Made by a program: the position numbers and the translations under genes
The notes under the pieces: generated by a model
What the model saw: only the letters and a program-made list of their open reading frames with translations
What the model was told of the DNA's origin: nothing
Databases searched by the model: none
Source of the DNA: Demequinaceae bacterium
Lineage (GTDB): Bacteria > Actinomycetota > Actinomycetes > Actinomycetales > Demequinaceae
Assembly (NCBI GenBank): GCA_965250005.1
Contig: OZ252279.1
Span: forward strand, 1,380,001-1,412,000
Reading direction: 5' to 3'
Length of the DNA stretch: 32,000 nt
Shown: positions 14,519-22,342 of the stretch, one piece after another
Numbering within the stretch: the stretch's first letter is position 1
Layout of the letters: the number at the start of each line of letters is the position of its first letter

Positions 14519-16990
14519 ATGAACTCCACGTCCGTCGAGCCGCCTGAAGCGACGACCGACTCAGGAGCAATCCACCTGATCGACACGCCATCGCACCGGG
14601 TTCACCGGTTCGCGGACTTCCTGAACCTCGCGGGAACGCTCGTCGGGATCGCGGTCGTGCTATTGCTTGGCGCCTACGCCTCCGGCACGACGAGCGGCCT
14701 GACCGCGGATTTGCAGGGAATCTACGAGATTCTTCGCCAGGTGCTCGTTGCCCCAGTAAACGTGCTCGAAGGCATCGTCACCCTCGTCGTTCCCGCGGCG
14801 ACCGTAGCCTCGCTTGCTGTCCGCAGGGAGCCGCGTCGCATAGTCGAATCGCTCGGCGCTCTAGTGCTCGGCATCGTCGTGGCGCTGATCGCAGCGCAGA
14901 CCACGCGCATGTGGGGAGCGCGCGAACTTGTTGACAGTCTCAGCATCACGACCGATGGCCTGACTGCCGTGACCATGCCCGCCTACCTTGCTGGCATCGC
15001 CGCGATGCTCACCACGGCCGGGCGCAGGCGAGCCCAGCGCCCAGTGGCAATCTCGTGGAACGTTCTGTGGGTGGCTGCAGCAATCGGCGTCATCAGTGGT
15101 CTGGTGACCGTGCCCGCAGTGGTTGCGACGCTTCTCATCGGCCGCGCCGTCGGGCTATTCGCGCGCTACGTGCTCGGCTCGGCAAGCGACCGAGCGTATG
15201 GCGCCGCGCTAGTGGAGGGGATCACGCGGGCAGGCTTCACAACCAAGCGGCTCATCCGCATCGACCCGAACGACGAATTCGCCTACGAAGAAGTCGATCC
15301 CGTGTTCGCCGCGCTAAGCCGCACGCGCGCGGGCCGGGTCTACGCGCTCACGACCGTCGAAAACCACCAGCTCATGGTCATCGCGCTCGATGGAGACCGC
15401 CGCATCGCCGGAACCCTGTCAAAAATCTGGCGGACGATGCGCTTGCGCGGCCTACGCACACGAGCCGACGTGAGCCTGCGCCACGTTGCAGAGGGCACCG
15501 CGCTCGTCTCTCACGCCGCCCGGACGGCGGGCGTGCGCACTCCTCGCGTCATGGGTATGTCTCAAGCTCGCGACACCATGATCCTGATCTACCAGCGTCC
15601 TGTGGGCGTCCGCGCATTCGCGGACCTCGCGCCCGAGGACGTGACAGACGACGTACTAGACGGCATCTGGGCCGAGGTGGTGATCGCGCATGCGGCGGGT
15701 ATCTCGCACCGGGCGCTCACGTCCGACACTGTGCTCGTTGGCACCGACGAACTCACGGACTTGCCCGAGGTGTGGCTCACTACCTGGGAAATGGGCGAGG
15801 TTGCCACGGGTCAGCTTTCGCGGCGCATGGACGCCGTCCAACTCATCGCGATGTTTTCAGCGAAGATCGGCGCCGACCGCGCGGTCGCGTCGGCGTTCCG
15901 GGCGCTCGAAAGTTCACAAATAGCTGCGCTCGCGCCACTGCTCCAGACGGTCGTGCTTCCGCGGGCCACGCGCATCGAAACAAAGGCGCGCGGCAAAGTG
16001 CTCGAAAACGTACGCAACGAAATCCTCGAACACCTCCCCGAAACTCCAACGGAGCCAGAGAATATCGCGCGCTTCAGTCCCCGCACCATCATCACGTTCA
16101 CTCTCGGAATCGTTGCGGCCGGGGTGATCCTGTTTACATTCAAAATCGACCAGGTGGTGCCTGCCCTCAAGGAGGCCGAGCCGCTATGGGCGGTCGCGGG
16201 TTTCGGGTTCGCGCTGCTGACGTTCATCGGCGCCGCTCTCGTGATGTCGGCGTTCTCACCGATCAAGCTGCCCTGGAATCGCGTGCTCCTCGCTCAAGTC
16301 GCTGCTGCCTACGTCGCTCTGGCGGCGCCCGCAGGAGTGGGACCCGCAGCGATCAACCTGCGCTTGCTAACCAAACGCGATGTCGCGCGGCCCGTCGCCG
16401 TGGCTACCGTTGCACTTGTTCAAGTGTCCGCCATCTTCGTGACCGTCGTCGGACTCGTGGTCCTCACTCTCGCGACGGGATCCGCGGACGCCCTTGCGGT
16501 GCTCCCGTCCGGCTCCGTGCTCGCAGGCGTAGGGATTACTGCCGTCGTCGTCGCTCTAGCGCTTACCTTCCCGAAGGTGCGCGCTTGGGTAATGGCCAAG
16601 ATCATGCCAACCATCCGACAGACGTGGCCGCGCCTGGTCCAAGTGCTCGGCCAGCCCTGGCGACTGGCGCTGGGCATCTTCGGGAACCTCTTGCTCACCG
16701 GTGCATATGTTGGCGCCTTCTACTGCGCTCTCAGGGCATTCAACCTGGAGCCAGCCGTAGTCGACATCGCCGTCGTCTTCCTGCTCGGAAACGCCGCGGG
16801 AGCGGCCGTCCCGACGCCGGGCGGCGTTGGTGCCGTCGAAGCCGCGCTGTCCGGTGCCCTTCTTTCCATCGGCATCCCGGTCGCCATCGGGTTCTCGGCC
16901 GTCGTGGTGTTTAGGGCGGTAACGTATTGGGCGAGAATCCCGTTGGGCTATGTAGCGATGCGATACCTCACCAAAAAGGGAGAACTCTGA
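14519..16990 (+). CDS. Large integral membrane protein: N-terminal TM bundle, central degenerate kinase-like (pseudokinase) domain, C-terminal UPF0104 / LPG-synthase-TM 'flippase-like' domain
   Basis: 823 aa. The C-terminal LLGNAAGAAVPTPGGVGAVEAALSGAL is the PF03706-type signature. The centre (about aa 270-470) has a kinase/RIO/Kdo-kinase-like pattern: RVYALTT..LMVIALDGD, AEGTALVSHAARTAGVRTPRV, ILIYQRPVGVRAF, IAHAAGISHRALTSDTVLV. Confidence 0.8.
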   Translation: MNSTSVEPPEATTDSGAIHLIDTPSHRVHRFADFLNLAGTLVGIAVVLLLGAYASGTTSGLTADLQGIYEILRQVLVAPVNVLEGIVTLVVPAATVASLAVRREPRRIVESLGALVLGIVVALIAAQTTRMWGARELVDSLSITTDGLTAVTMPAYLAGIAAMLTTAGRRRAQRPVAISWNVLWVAAAIGVISGLVTVPAVVATLLIGRAVGLFARYVLGSASDRAYGAALVEGITRAGFTTKRLIRIDPNDEFAYEEVDPVFAALSRTRAGRVYALTTVENHQLMVIALDGDRRIAGTLSKIWRTMRLRGLRTRADVSLRHVAEGTALVSHAARTAGVRTPRVMGMSQARDTMILIYQRPVGVRAFADLAPEDVTDDVLDGIWAEVVIAHAAGISHRALTSDTVLVGTDELTDLPEVWLTTWEMGEVATGQLSRRMDAVQLIAMFSAKIGADRAVASAFRALESSQIAALAPLLQTVVLPRATRIETKARGKVLENVRNEILEHLPETPTEPENIARFSPRTIITFTLGIVAAGVILFTFKIDQVVPALKEAEPLWAVAGFGFALLTFIGAALVMSAFSPIKLPWNRVLLAQVAAAYVALAAPAGVGPAAINLRLLTKRDVARPVAVATVALVQVSAIFVTVVGLVVLTLATGSADALAVLPSGSVLAGVGITAVVVALALTFPKVRAWVMAKIMPTIRQTWPRLVQVLGQPWRLALGIFGNLLLTGAYVGAFYCALRAFNLEPAVVDIAVVFLLGNAAGAAVPTPGGVGAVEAALSGALLSIGIPVAIGFSAVVVFRAVTYWARIPLGYVAMRYLTKKGEL

Positions 16991-18036
16991 TGGAAATCAT
17001 CACCGCCGCCGCCGCATCAGCGGCGCTGCTCGCAGGAGTACTCGCGGCGTTCAACCCGTGCGGATTCGCGCTCCTTCCGGCGTATATCACCGTGATTGTG
17101 ACCGGGAGTGCCGCGGAAGGTGTCACCAAGCGCCAAGCACTACGTCGAGCAATCAGTTTCGGCTCAGCGATGACGCTGGGGTTTGTCACGATCTTCATAG
17201 GCTTCGGCGCTCTCTTCGCCGCAGCCAACGTGGGTCTCCAAGGCGATGTGTTGCCATATATCGCCTACGTGACTCTGGTGCTCGGAGTTCTGTTGGTGAT
17301 CCTCGGCATTCACATGTTGCGCGGAGGCGAACTCAACGTGCCTGGCCTGAAGATCAAGGGAGCGGCGCCCACCCGGGCGTTTGGCTCCCAGATCATCTAT
17401 GGCATGGCGTTCGCACTCGCATCGATGTCGTGCACCATTGGCGTCTACATTCCGATCATCACGAGCTCGCTCAACGCGAGCAACCCTCTCGCTGCCGCAC
17501 TTCCCTCGGTCGTCTACGCGATCGGGATGGGCACCTCGGTGCTAATCGTGTCGATGGTCGCGGCCGTCGCAGGAAGCGCTGGTATGGCGCGCTTCCGTCG
17601 GCACACGCCCACTTTCATGAAGGCTGCGGGTGGCCTTATGGTCATCGTCGGTCTCTACGTCGTCGTCTACGGCCTCGCCGACGTACTCCCGCAGTTCGGC
17701 ATTCGAGCACTCGATCCCGTCCTTCTCGAGACGGCAGCGGTTCAGGGAGACGTTCTCCGCACCATTCAGGGCTGGGGGAACCCAGCACTGGTAGTGCTGG
17801 CGGTGGCCACCGCGGTGCTCGTAAGCTTCCTGTGGTGGAAGACCCGTCCTGAACCTGAGGTCGACGGCGAATCCAACACAGAGTCCCGCAACAACAATCG
17901 GAGTTCCGCGGCAATAGCGTCCTCGAGAGCCAAAGACGCTGCGTCGAAGGAGACTGCAACCCGGAACAAGACGGCCACTGCCAAGCCATCGAGCCGGCCC
18001 GCTAAGCGCAAGAACCCCGCCGAGAAATTCAAGTAG
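16990..18036 (+). CDS. ccdA: Cytochrome c biogenesis CcdA/DsbD-family thiol-disulfide electron transporter with a basic low-complexity C-terminal tail
   Basis: Trimmed to ATG 16990, which overlaps the upstream TGA as TGATG. AAFNPCGFALLPAY and ALASMSCTIGVYIP give the two conserved membrane Cys residues. The last roughly 60 aa are rich in K/S/A/N/T. Confidence 0.85.
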   Translation: MEIITAAAASAALLAGVLAAFNPCGFALLPAYITVIVTGSAAEGVTKRQALRRAISFGSAMTLGFVTIFIGFGALFAAANVGLQGDVLPYIAYVTLVLGVLLVILGIHMLRGGELNVPGLKIKGAAPTRAFGSQIIYGMAFALASMSCTIGVYIPIITSSLNASNPLAAALPSVVYAIGMGTSVLIVSMVAAVAGSAGMARFRRHTPTFMKAAGGLMVIVGLYVVVYGLADVLPQFGIRALDPVLLETAAVQGDVLRTIQGWGNPALVVLAVATAVLVSFLWWKTRPEPEVDGESNTESRNNNRSSAAIASSRAKDAASKETATRNKTATAKPSSRPAKRKNPAEKFK

Positions 18037-18082
18037 GGCGTTCCCGCGCGGAGTTCCTCGCGCGACACGTGAGCCAACGGAA

Positions 18083-18108
18083 AAGCGCGGCCCCGTTGGG
18101 GGCCGCGC
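18083..18108. terminator. Bidirectional hairpin terminator between convergent ccdA and the TlpA-like gene
   Basis: agcgcggcccc-gttg-ggggccgcgct: an 11-bp GC-rich stem with a 4-nt loop, followed by tctctcc. Confidence 0.75.
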
Positions 18109-18151
18109 TTCTCTCCTGAGGGGGAGTCAGTAAGTCTTCAATTCCCCTTGG

Positions 18152-18727
18152 CTAGGCAATCGACTCAGCAGCCTGAATGAGGCCGCCCTTGCCGACTGAT
18201 CCGGGGATTGTCTGCACGTTGCCCTCAGCGTCGATGAGCGCAAGCGCCGGCTGCGACACGACCGAAAAGTTCGACCAAATGCTTCCGTCGGCATCCACGA
18301 TCTGAACGATGTCACTGAGCCCGTGCTGCTCGACGAAGCGCACCATGCCGTCCTGGCCGGACCGCCCTGGAACACCGATCACTTGAACACCTGCGGGGAG
18401 TTCGTCTAGCGCGTCTGCGATTGCGGGAGCCTCGGCATTGCAGATCGGGCACCATGACGCCCAGAACCACAGCAGCGTGGGCGTTCCGAGGATGCTCGCT
18501 CCGTCGAACTCCTCGCCCGACAGGGTTACTGTTCGGAACTGCAGCTGCGCGGGAACTTCGATCGTAGCAGGGTCCGTTGTTCCGTCGTCAGCGGGCTGCA
18601 TCTCGACTACCGGATCCGGCGTGGGATCGTCACCTCCGGACGTGGCGGGTGCTGCGCACCCTGCTAGGACGAGCGCACCCGCTGTGCCAAGAATGGCCAG
18701 CTGGGTCCGCAGGGAAATATTCGACAT
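18152..18727 (-). CDS. Thioredoxin-fold thiol:disulfide oxidoreductase lipoprotein (TlpA/ResA family)
   Basis: 191 aa. Signal peptide with lipobox LVLAGC. Active site WFWASWCPICNAE (CxxC). GAGAGGAG Shine-Dalgarno upstream. Confidence 0.85.
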   Translation of the reverse strand: MSNISLRTQLAILGTAGALVLAGCAAPATSGGDDPTPDPVVEMQPADDGTTDPATIEVPAQLQFRTVTLSGEEFDGASILGTPTLLWFWASWCPICNAEAPAIADALDELPAGVQVIGVPGRSGQDGMVRFVEQHGLSDIVQIVDADGSIWSNFSVVSQPALALIDAEGNVQTIPGSVGKGGLIQAAESIA

Positions 18728-18848
18728 AGTTTGCTCCTCTCAGTTTGACCAACGTGTCAGGCACATCCAGCATTCCCTGGCTATAGCCTCTGGGTGATTC
18801 GCTGCGACAGCGCTCCCGGATTGGTTTCTGCAGGCCCGGAACTGGTCG

Positions 18849-20216
18849 CTACAGGTCCGGCGCCATATCCGCAAAGTGCGCGTAGTCCTTCTTGAACGCG
18901 ACAGCAATGGTGTCGGTGGGGCCTGATCGGTGCTTGGCAATGATGAAGTCCGCTTCGCCGGGGCGCGCGTCACGGTCGTAGGCGTCCTCGCGGTGCATCA
19001 GGATCACGATGTCCGCGTCCTGCTCGATTGAGCCAGACTCGCGCATGTCAGAAAGCATGGGTCGCTTGTCACCGCGCTGCTCAGGGCCACGGTTCAACTG
19101 GGAGATGGCGATGACTGGCACGCCGATTTCCTTGGCGAGTAACTTGAGAGCGCGCGAAAATTCCGAAACCTCTTGCTGGCGCGACTCGACTTTGCGGCCG
19201 GAGGACATCAGTTGCAGGTAGTCGACCACGACGAGGCCGAGACCCTCTCGCTGTTTGAGCCTGCGGCACTTGGCGCGGATCTCCATGAGCGACATGTTGG
19301 GTGAATCGTCGATAAACAGCGGTGCCTTTGATACGCGCGCCGCCGTCCTGGCGAGCTTTTCCCAGTCGTTTGGACCCATGGGCCCCTTGGTCATCCGCGT
19401 CAACTTCACTCCGGACTCGGCCGAGAGCATGCGCTTGGTGATCTCCTCCCTGCTCATTTCGAGCGAAAAGATTACCGAGGCCTTGCCTGCGTTGATGGAC
19501 GCGGCACGACAAATGTCCAGGCCGAGCGTGGACTTGCCGATTGCGGGGCGGGCGGCGATAACTATCATTTGGCCGGCCTGAAAGCCGCCGATCAGTTCGT
19601 CGAGCTCGCGGAATCCCGTGGGGATTCCAAGCATGCTGCCGTCGTGGGCAGATGCGGCCTCCACCTCGCTTAGGGTGCGCTCCATAACGTCACCGATGGG
19701 CAGGTAGTCCTCGGAGTTCCGGCTCTCGGTGACCGCGAACACCTCCGATTGTGCTGTGTCGACAATGACGTCAACCTCGTCGCCGTCAGCTCCGTAGGCC
19801 ATGTTCGAGATGCGGGTACCTGCCGCAACCAGTCTGCGCAGGATCGCCTGCTCGTGGACGAGCCGCGCGTAGTAGCCAGCGGAAGCGGCCGAAGGCACAG
19901 ACGAGATGAGCTCGTGGATGTACTCAGCGCCGCCAATCCGGCCGATGTTTCCGTCGCCCTGCAATTCTGCGGCAACCGTGACCGCATCGACGGGGTCACC
20001 GGAGTTATAGAGCCTAACCGCGGCTTCAAAAATTGTTTCGTGCGTGGGTTTGTAGAAATCCGAGCCGCGCACTACCTCGATCACGTCTGCCATGGCGTCC
20101 TTGGACAGCATCATGGCTCCGAGCACACTCTGCTCTGCCTCGAGGTTCTGAGGCGGAGTGCGATCGAAACTGCCGCGGGCCGCACCGTAGTTCGCTTCAA
20201 GTTCTCCTACGGTCAC
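18849..20216 (-). CDS. dnaB: Replicative DNA helicase DnaB (no intein)
   Basis: 455 aa. PPQNLEAEQSVLGAMM N-terminal motif, Walker A ARPAIGKSTL, VVVDYLQLM, and SQLNRGPEQR. GTG start with AGGAGG 8 nt upstream. Confidence 0.95.
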   Translation of the reverse strand: MTVGELEANYGAARGSFDRTPPQNLEAEQSVLGAMMLSKDAMADVIEVVRGSDFYKPTHETIFEAAVRLYNSGDPVDAVTVAAELQGDGNIGRIGGAEYIHELISSVPSAASAGYYARLVHEQAILRRLVAAGTRISNMAYGADGDEVDVIVDTAQSEVFAVTESRNSEDYLPIGDVMERTLSEVEAASAHDGSMLGIPTGFRELDELIGGFQAGQMIVIAARPAIGKSTLGLDICRAASINAGKASVIFSLEMSREEITKRMLSAESGVKLTRMTKGPMGPNDWEKLARTAARVSKAPLFIDDSPNMSLMEIRAKCRRLKQREGLGLVVVDYLQLMSSGRKVESRQQEVSEFSRALKLLAKEIGVPVIAISQLNRGPEQRGDKRPMLSDMRESGSIEQDADIVILMHREDAYDRDARPGEADFIIAKHRSGPTDTIAVAFKKDYAHFADMAPDL

Positions 20217-20610
20217 CGCTGGCGCCTCCTGTAATCGTGTCTACGTGTGTTCAAGCGTCTGAGCGTTCCCATGCGCGAGTCTCCTGACAGGCCGTTCTGA
20301 CAGGCTTTCGTGAGGGTCTGACACGCGACGTTAGTGACTGGAAGGTCCTTCGCACAACAGGCCCTGTGGACCACGGGCCACCGACCCGTGGATGGACTGT
20401 GAGTAACCGGCCACAGGGGCGCATGTGACTGTGGATACAAATGTTAGTAAACGCAATTCAATGCGGCCAATCATCCTTATACCAGGGGTGATGCCGCCCC
20501 TGAGGCTGGGGAGAACCCACTTGGAAAACCTGTCGGCGTGTCGGCCATCGGCGTGTCGGCTTTGCGGGCGCGAGTGGGACCGCGCGATCGCGATTCTTAC
20601 CCCTCGCAAC

Positions 20611-20649
20611 GCAGAGAGGCCCGCCTCCCAGGGGGACGGGCCTCTCTGC
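20611..20649 (-). terminator. Hairpin terminator after rplI
   Basis: gcagagaggcccg (20611-20623) pairs with cgggcctctctgc (20637-20649): a 13-bp stem, 15 nt past the rplI stop. There is no clear U-tract, which is common in high-GC actinobacteria. Confidence 0.7.
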
Positions 20650-20663
20650 GTGATGTCTGAACT

Positions 20664-21110
20664 CTACGAAACTGCAACCACCTGGACGGTGACTGTCGCG
20701 GAGACCTCGGAATTCAAGGTGACGGTAATCGTGTGGTCCCCAACGTCCTTGATGGGCGCGGAGATGTGTATGCGTCGCTTGTCGACCTTCGCGCGATCGC
20801 CAATGGCGTCGGCGATGTTTGACGCGGTGACAGCACCGAACAGCTTGCCCCCGTCGCCGGCTTTGGCCGCAACAACCACGGGGTTGGACTGGAGCGCGTC
20901 GCGAGCAGCCTGCGCCGCCTCGACCGACTCGATTTCTTGAGCACGACGCGCCTTGCGGAGCGCCTCGATTTGCTTCTCGGCACCTGCGGTCCACTTGTCT
21001 GCAAGCTTGCGGGGAACGAGGTAGTTGCGGGCGAACCCGTCCTTGACCTCGACCACGTCGCCGGCGATTCCCAGCCCTGCGACTTCGTGCGTAAGAATGA
21101 CCTTTGCCAT
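20664..21110 (-). CDS. rplI: 50S ribosomal protein L9
   Basis: MAKVILTHEVAGLGIAGDVVEVKDGFARNYLVPRKLA is the canonical L9 N-terminus. 148 aa. Confidence 0.95.
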   Translation of the reverse strand: MAKVILTHEVAGLGIAGDVVEVKDGFARNYLVPRKLADKWTAGAEKQIEALRKARRAQEIESVEAAQAARDALQSNPVVVAAKAGDGGKLFGAVTASNIADAIGDRAKVDKRRIHISAPIKDVGDHTITVTLNSEVSATVTVQVVAVS

Positions 21111-21121
21111 GTCAGCCCCCT

Positions 21122-21358
21122 CTAGCGGCCGGAGCCGGCGTAGGGAAGAAGTGCCATTTCGCGCGCGACCTTGATGGCCTTGGCGATTTGGCGCTGCTCT
21201 TGAACGGTCACTCCCGTGACGCGGCGCGAGCGAATCTTGCCACGGTCGGAGATGAACTTGCGCAGGAGCGCAGTGTCCTTGTAGTCGATGGTCTTGACCT
21301 TCGCCGCCTTGAGCGGGTTGGTCTTCTTTCGTGGTTTGCGTTCTTCTGGCTTAGCCAT
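21122..21358 (-). CDS. rpsR: 30S ribosomal protein S18
   Basis: 78 aa. [50 protein letters not shown]. Confidence 0.95.
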   Translation of the reverse strand: MAKPEERKPRKKTNPLKAAKVKTIDYKDTALLRKFISDRGKIRSRRVTGVTVQEQRQIAKAIKVAREMALLPYAGSGR

Positions 21359-21390
21359 GTCTCGTTACTCCTGAAAGTTTGTTGGTCTGT

Positions 21391-21870
21391 TTAGAACGGG
21401 GGCTCTTCTGAAGCGGGAGCCGTTGCCCACGGGTCGGCGTCTGAGCCACCGGCAGGTGCGCCGGCGCCCTGCGACGAGCCACCCTGGCCTCCACCGGGAT
21501 TTCCGCTGCGCTGCGTGCGCTGCACCTTGGCGGTTGCGTACCGCAACGACGGTCCCACCTCGTCAACCTGAATCTCGTTGACCGTCCGCTTCTCTCCATT
21601 GTTCTCCCACGAACGCGACACCAGGCGGCCCGTGACAACCACGCGCATGCCTTTAGTGAGCGACTCAGCAACGTTCTCAGCTGCCTCGCGCCACAACGAG
21701 CAACGGAGGAACAGTGTTTCGCCGTCCTTCCACTCGTTGGAGTTGCGGTCGAAAGAACGCGGAGTGGAAGCAACAGTGAAATTGACCACCGCGGCGCCCG
21801 ATTGGATGAATCGCAGTTCAGGGTCTGCCGTGAGGTTGCCCACGATCGTGACTTGCGTGTCGCCTGCCAT
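21391..21870 (-). CDS. ssb: Single-stranded DNA-binding protein
   Basis: [23 protein letters not shown]-fold N-terminus, Gly-rich linker, acidic tip ...SEEPPF. Confidence 0.95.
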   Translation of the reverse strand: MAGDTQVTIVGNLTADPELRFIQSGAAVVNFTVASTPRSFDRNSNEWKDGETLFLRCSLWREAAENVAESLTKGMRVVVTGRLVSRSWENNGEKRTVNEIQVDEVGPSLRYATAKVQRTQRSGNPGGGQGGSSQGAGAPAGGSDADPWATAPASEEPPF

Positions 21871-21892
21871 GATTTCTGCCTTCCTGCCGGGC

Positions 21893-22183
21893 CTAGGAGG
21901 CGTCCGGGCGGATGAGCTTGGTGCGTAGCACCACGTCGTTGAGGCTGAGCTGACGCTCGAGCTCTTTGGCCGTGGCGGACAGCGCGGTGAAGTTCACAAC
22001 AGCGTAGATTCCATCAACCTTCTTGGCGATGGGATATGCGAGACGACGCCGGCCCCAAATGTCGACCTTGTCGACGGTGCCTTTATTCTCCGTGACCACG
22101 CTGAGATACTTGTCAAGCGACGGCTGAACCGTACGTTCGTCGACCTCCGGGTCGAGAATGACCATCATTTCATACTGGCGCAT
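21893..22183 (-). CDS. rpsF: 30S ribosomal protein S6
   Basis: Trimmed to ATG 22183 ([17 protein letters not shown]...), 96 aa. AGAGGAGG Shine-Dalgarno 10 nt upstream. The track's 26 extra N-terminal codons cover the leader. Confidence 0.95.
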   Translation of the reverse strand: MRQYEMMVILDPEVDERTVQPSLDKYLSVVTENKGTVDKVDIWGRRRLAYPIAKKVDGIYAVVNFTALSATAKELERQLSLNDVVLRTKLIRPDAS

Positions 22184-22240
22184 GTGTATACCCACCTCCT
22201 CTGGACTAAACGGCCACGGACGTTCCGTGGCAGGAGGGCA
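22184..22240 (-). promoter_or_regulatory. Structured rpsF 5' leader with anti-Shine-Dalgarno pairing. Candidate S6:S18-binding autoregulatory leader.
   Basis: The minus-strand RNA reads UGCCCUCCUG-CCACGGA-ACG-UCCGUGG-CCGUUUAGUCCAG-AGGAGG-UGGGUAUACAC-AUG. The inner hairpin CCACGGA/UCCGUGG has 7 bp. CCUCCU (plus-strand 22232-22237) is the exact complement of the Shine-Dalgarno AGGAGG (plus-strand 22195-22200). Confidence 0.4.
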
Positions 22241-22330
22241 ATGCATGCCTGTGTCCCACACTCAATACGGCGCGGGCAACCGGACAAGGGTACCGTGCGT
22301 GGGCGATAGGGGGAAACGGGTGGCCGCCGA

Positions 22331-22336
22331 TACGCT
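22331..22336 (+). promoter_or_regulatory. -10 hexamer TACGCT positioned for a leaderless transcript starting at GTG 22343
   Basis: TACGCT + 6 nt (caaggg) + GTG. No Shine-Dalgarno sequence. Confidence 0.3.
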
Positions 22337-22342
22337 CAAGGG

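Noticed and set aside
15055-16914. 619-aa plus-strand ORF
   Set aside because: It is an alternative frame of the 823-aa membrane protein gene. Its extreme Arg/Gly/Pro content is typical of off-frame translation of high-GC DNA.
18849-20216. Possible intein in dnaB, as in some mycobacteria
   Set aside because: The ORF is 455 aa with contiguous helicase motifs. There is no insertion or Cys/Ser...HN intein signature.
20213-20609. Two minus-strand ORFs in the rplI-dnaB spacer (75 aa and 92 aa) and the 20425-20940 plus-strand ORF
   Set aside because: They have no ribosome-binding sites. Their composition is Arg/His-rich, and they overlap the dnaB start or rplI. The region is treated as non-coding and discussed as a regulatory spacer.
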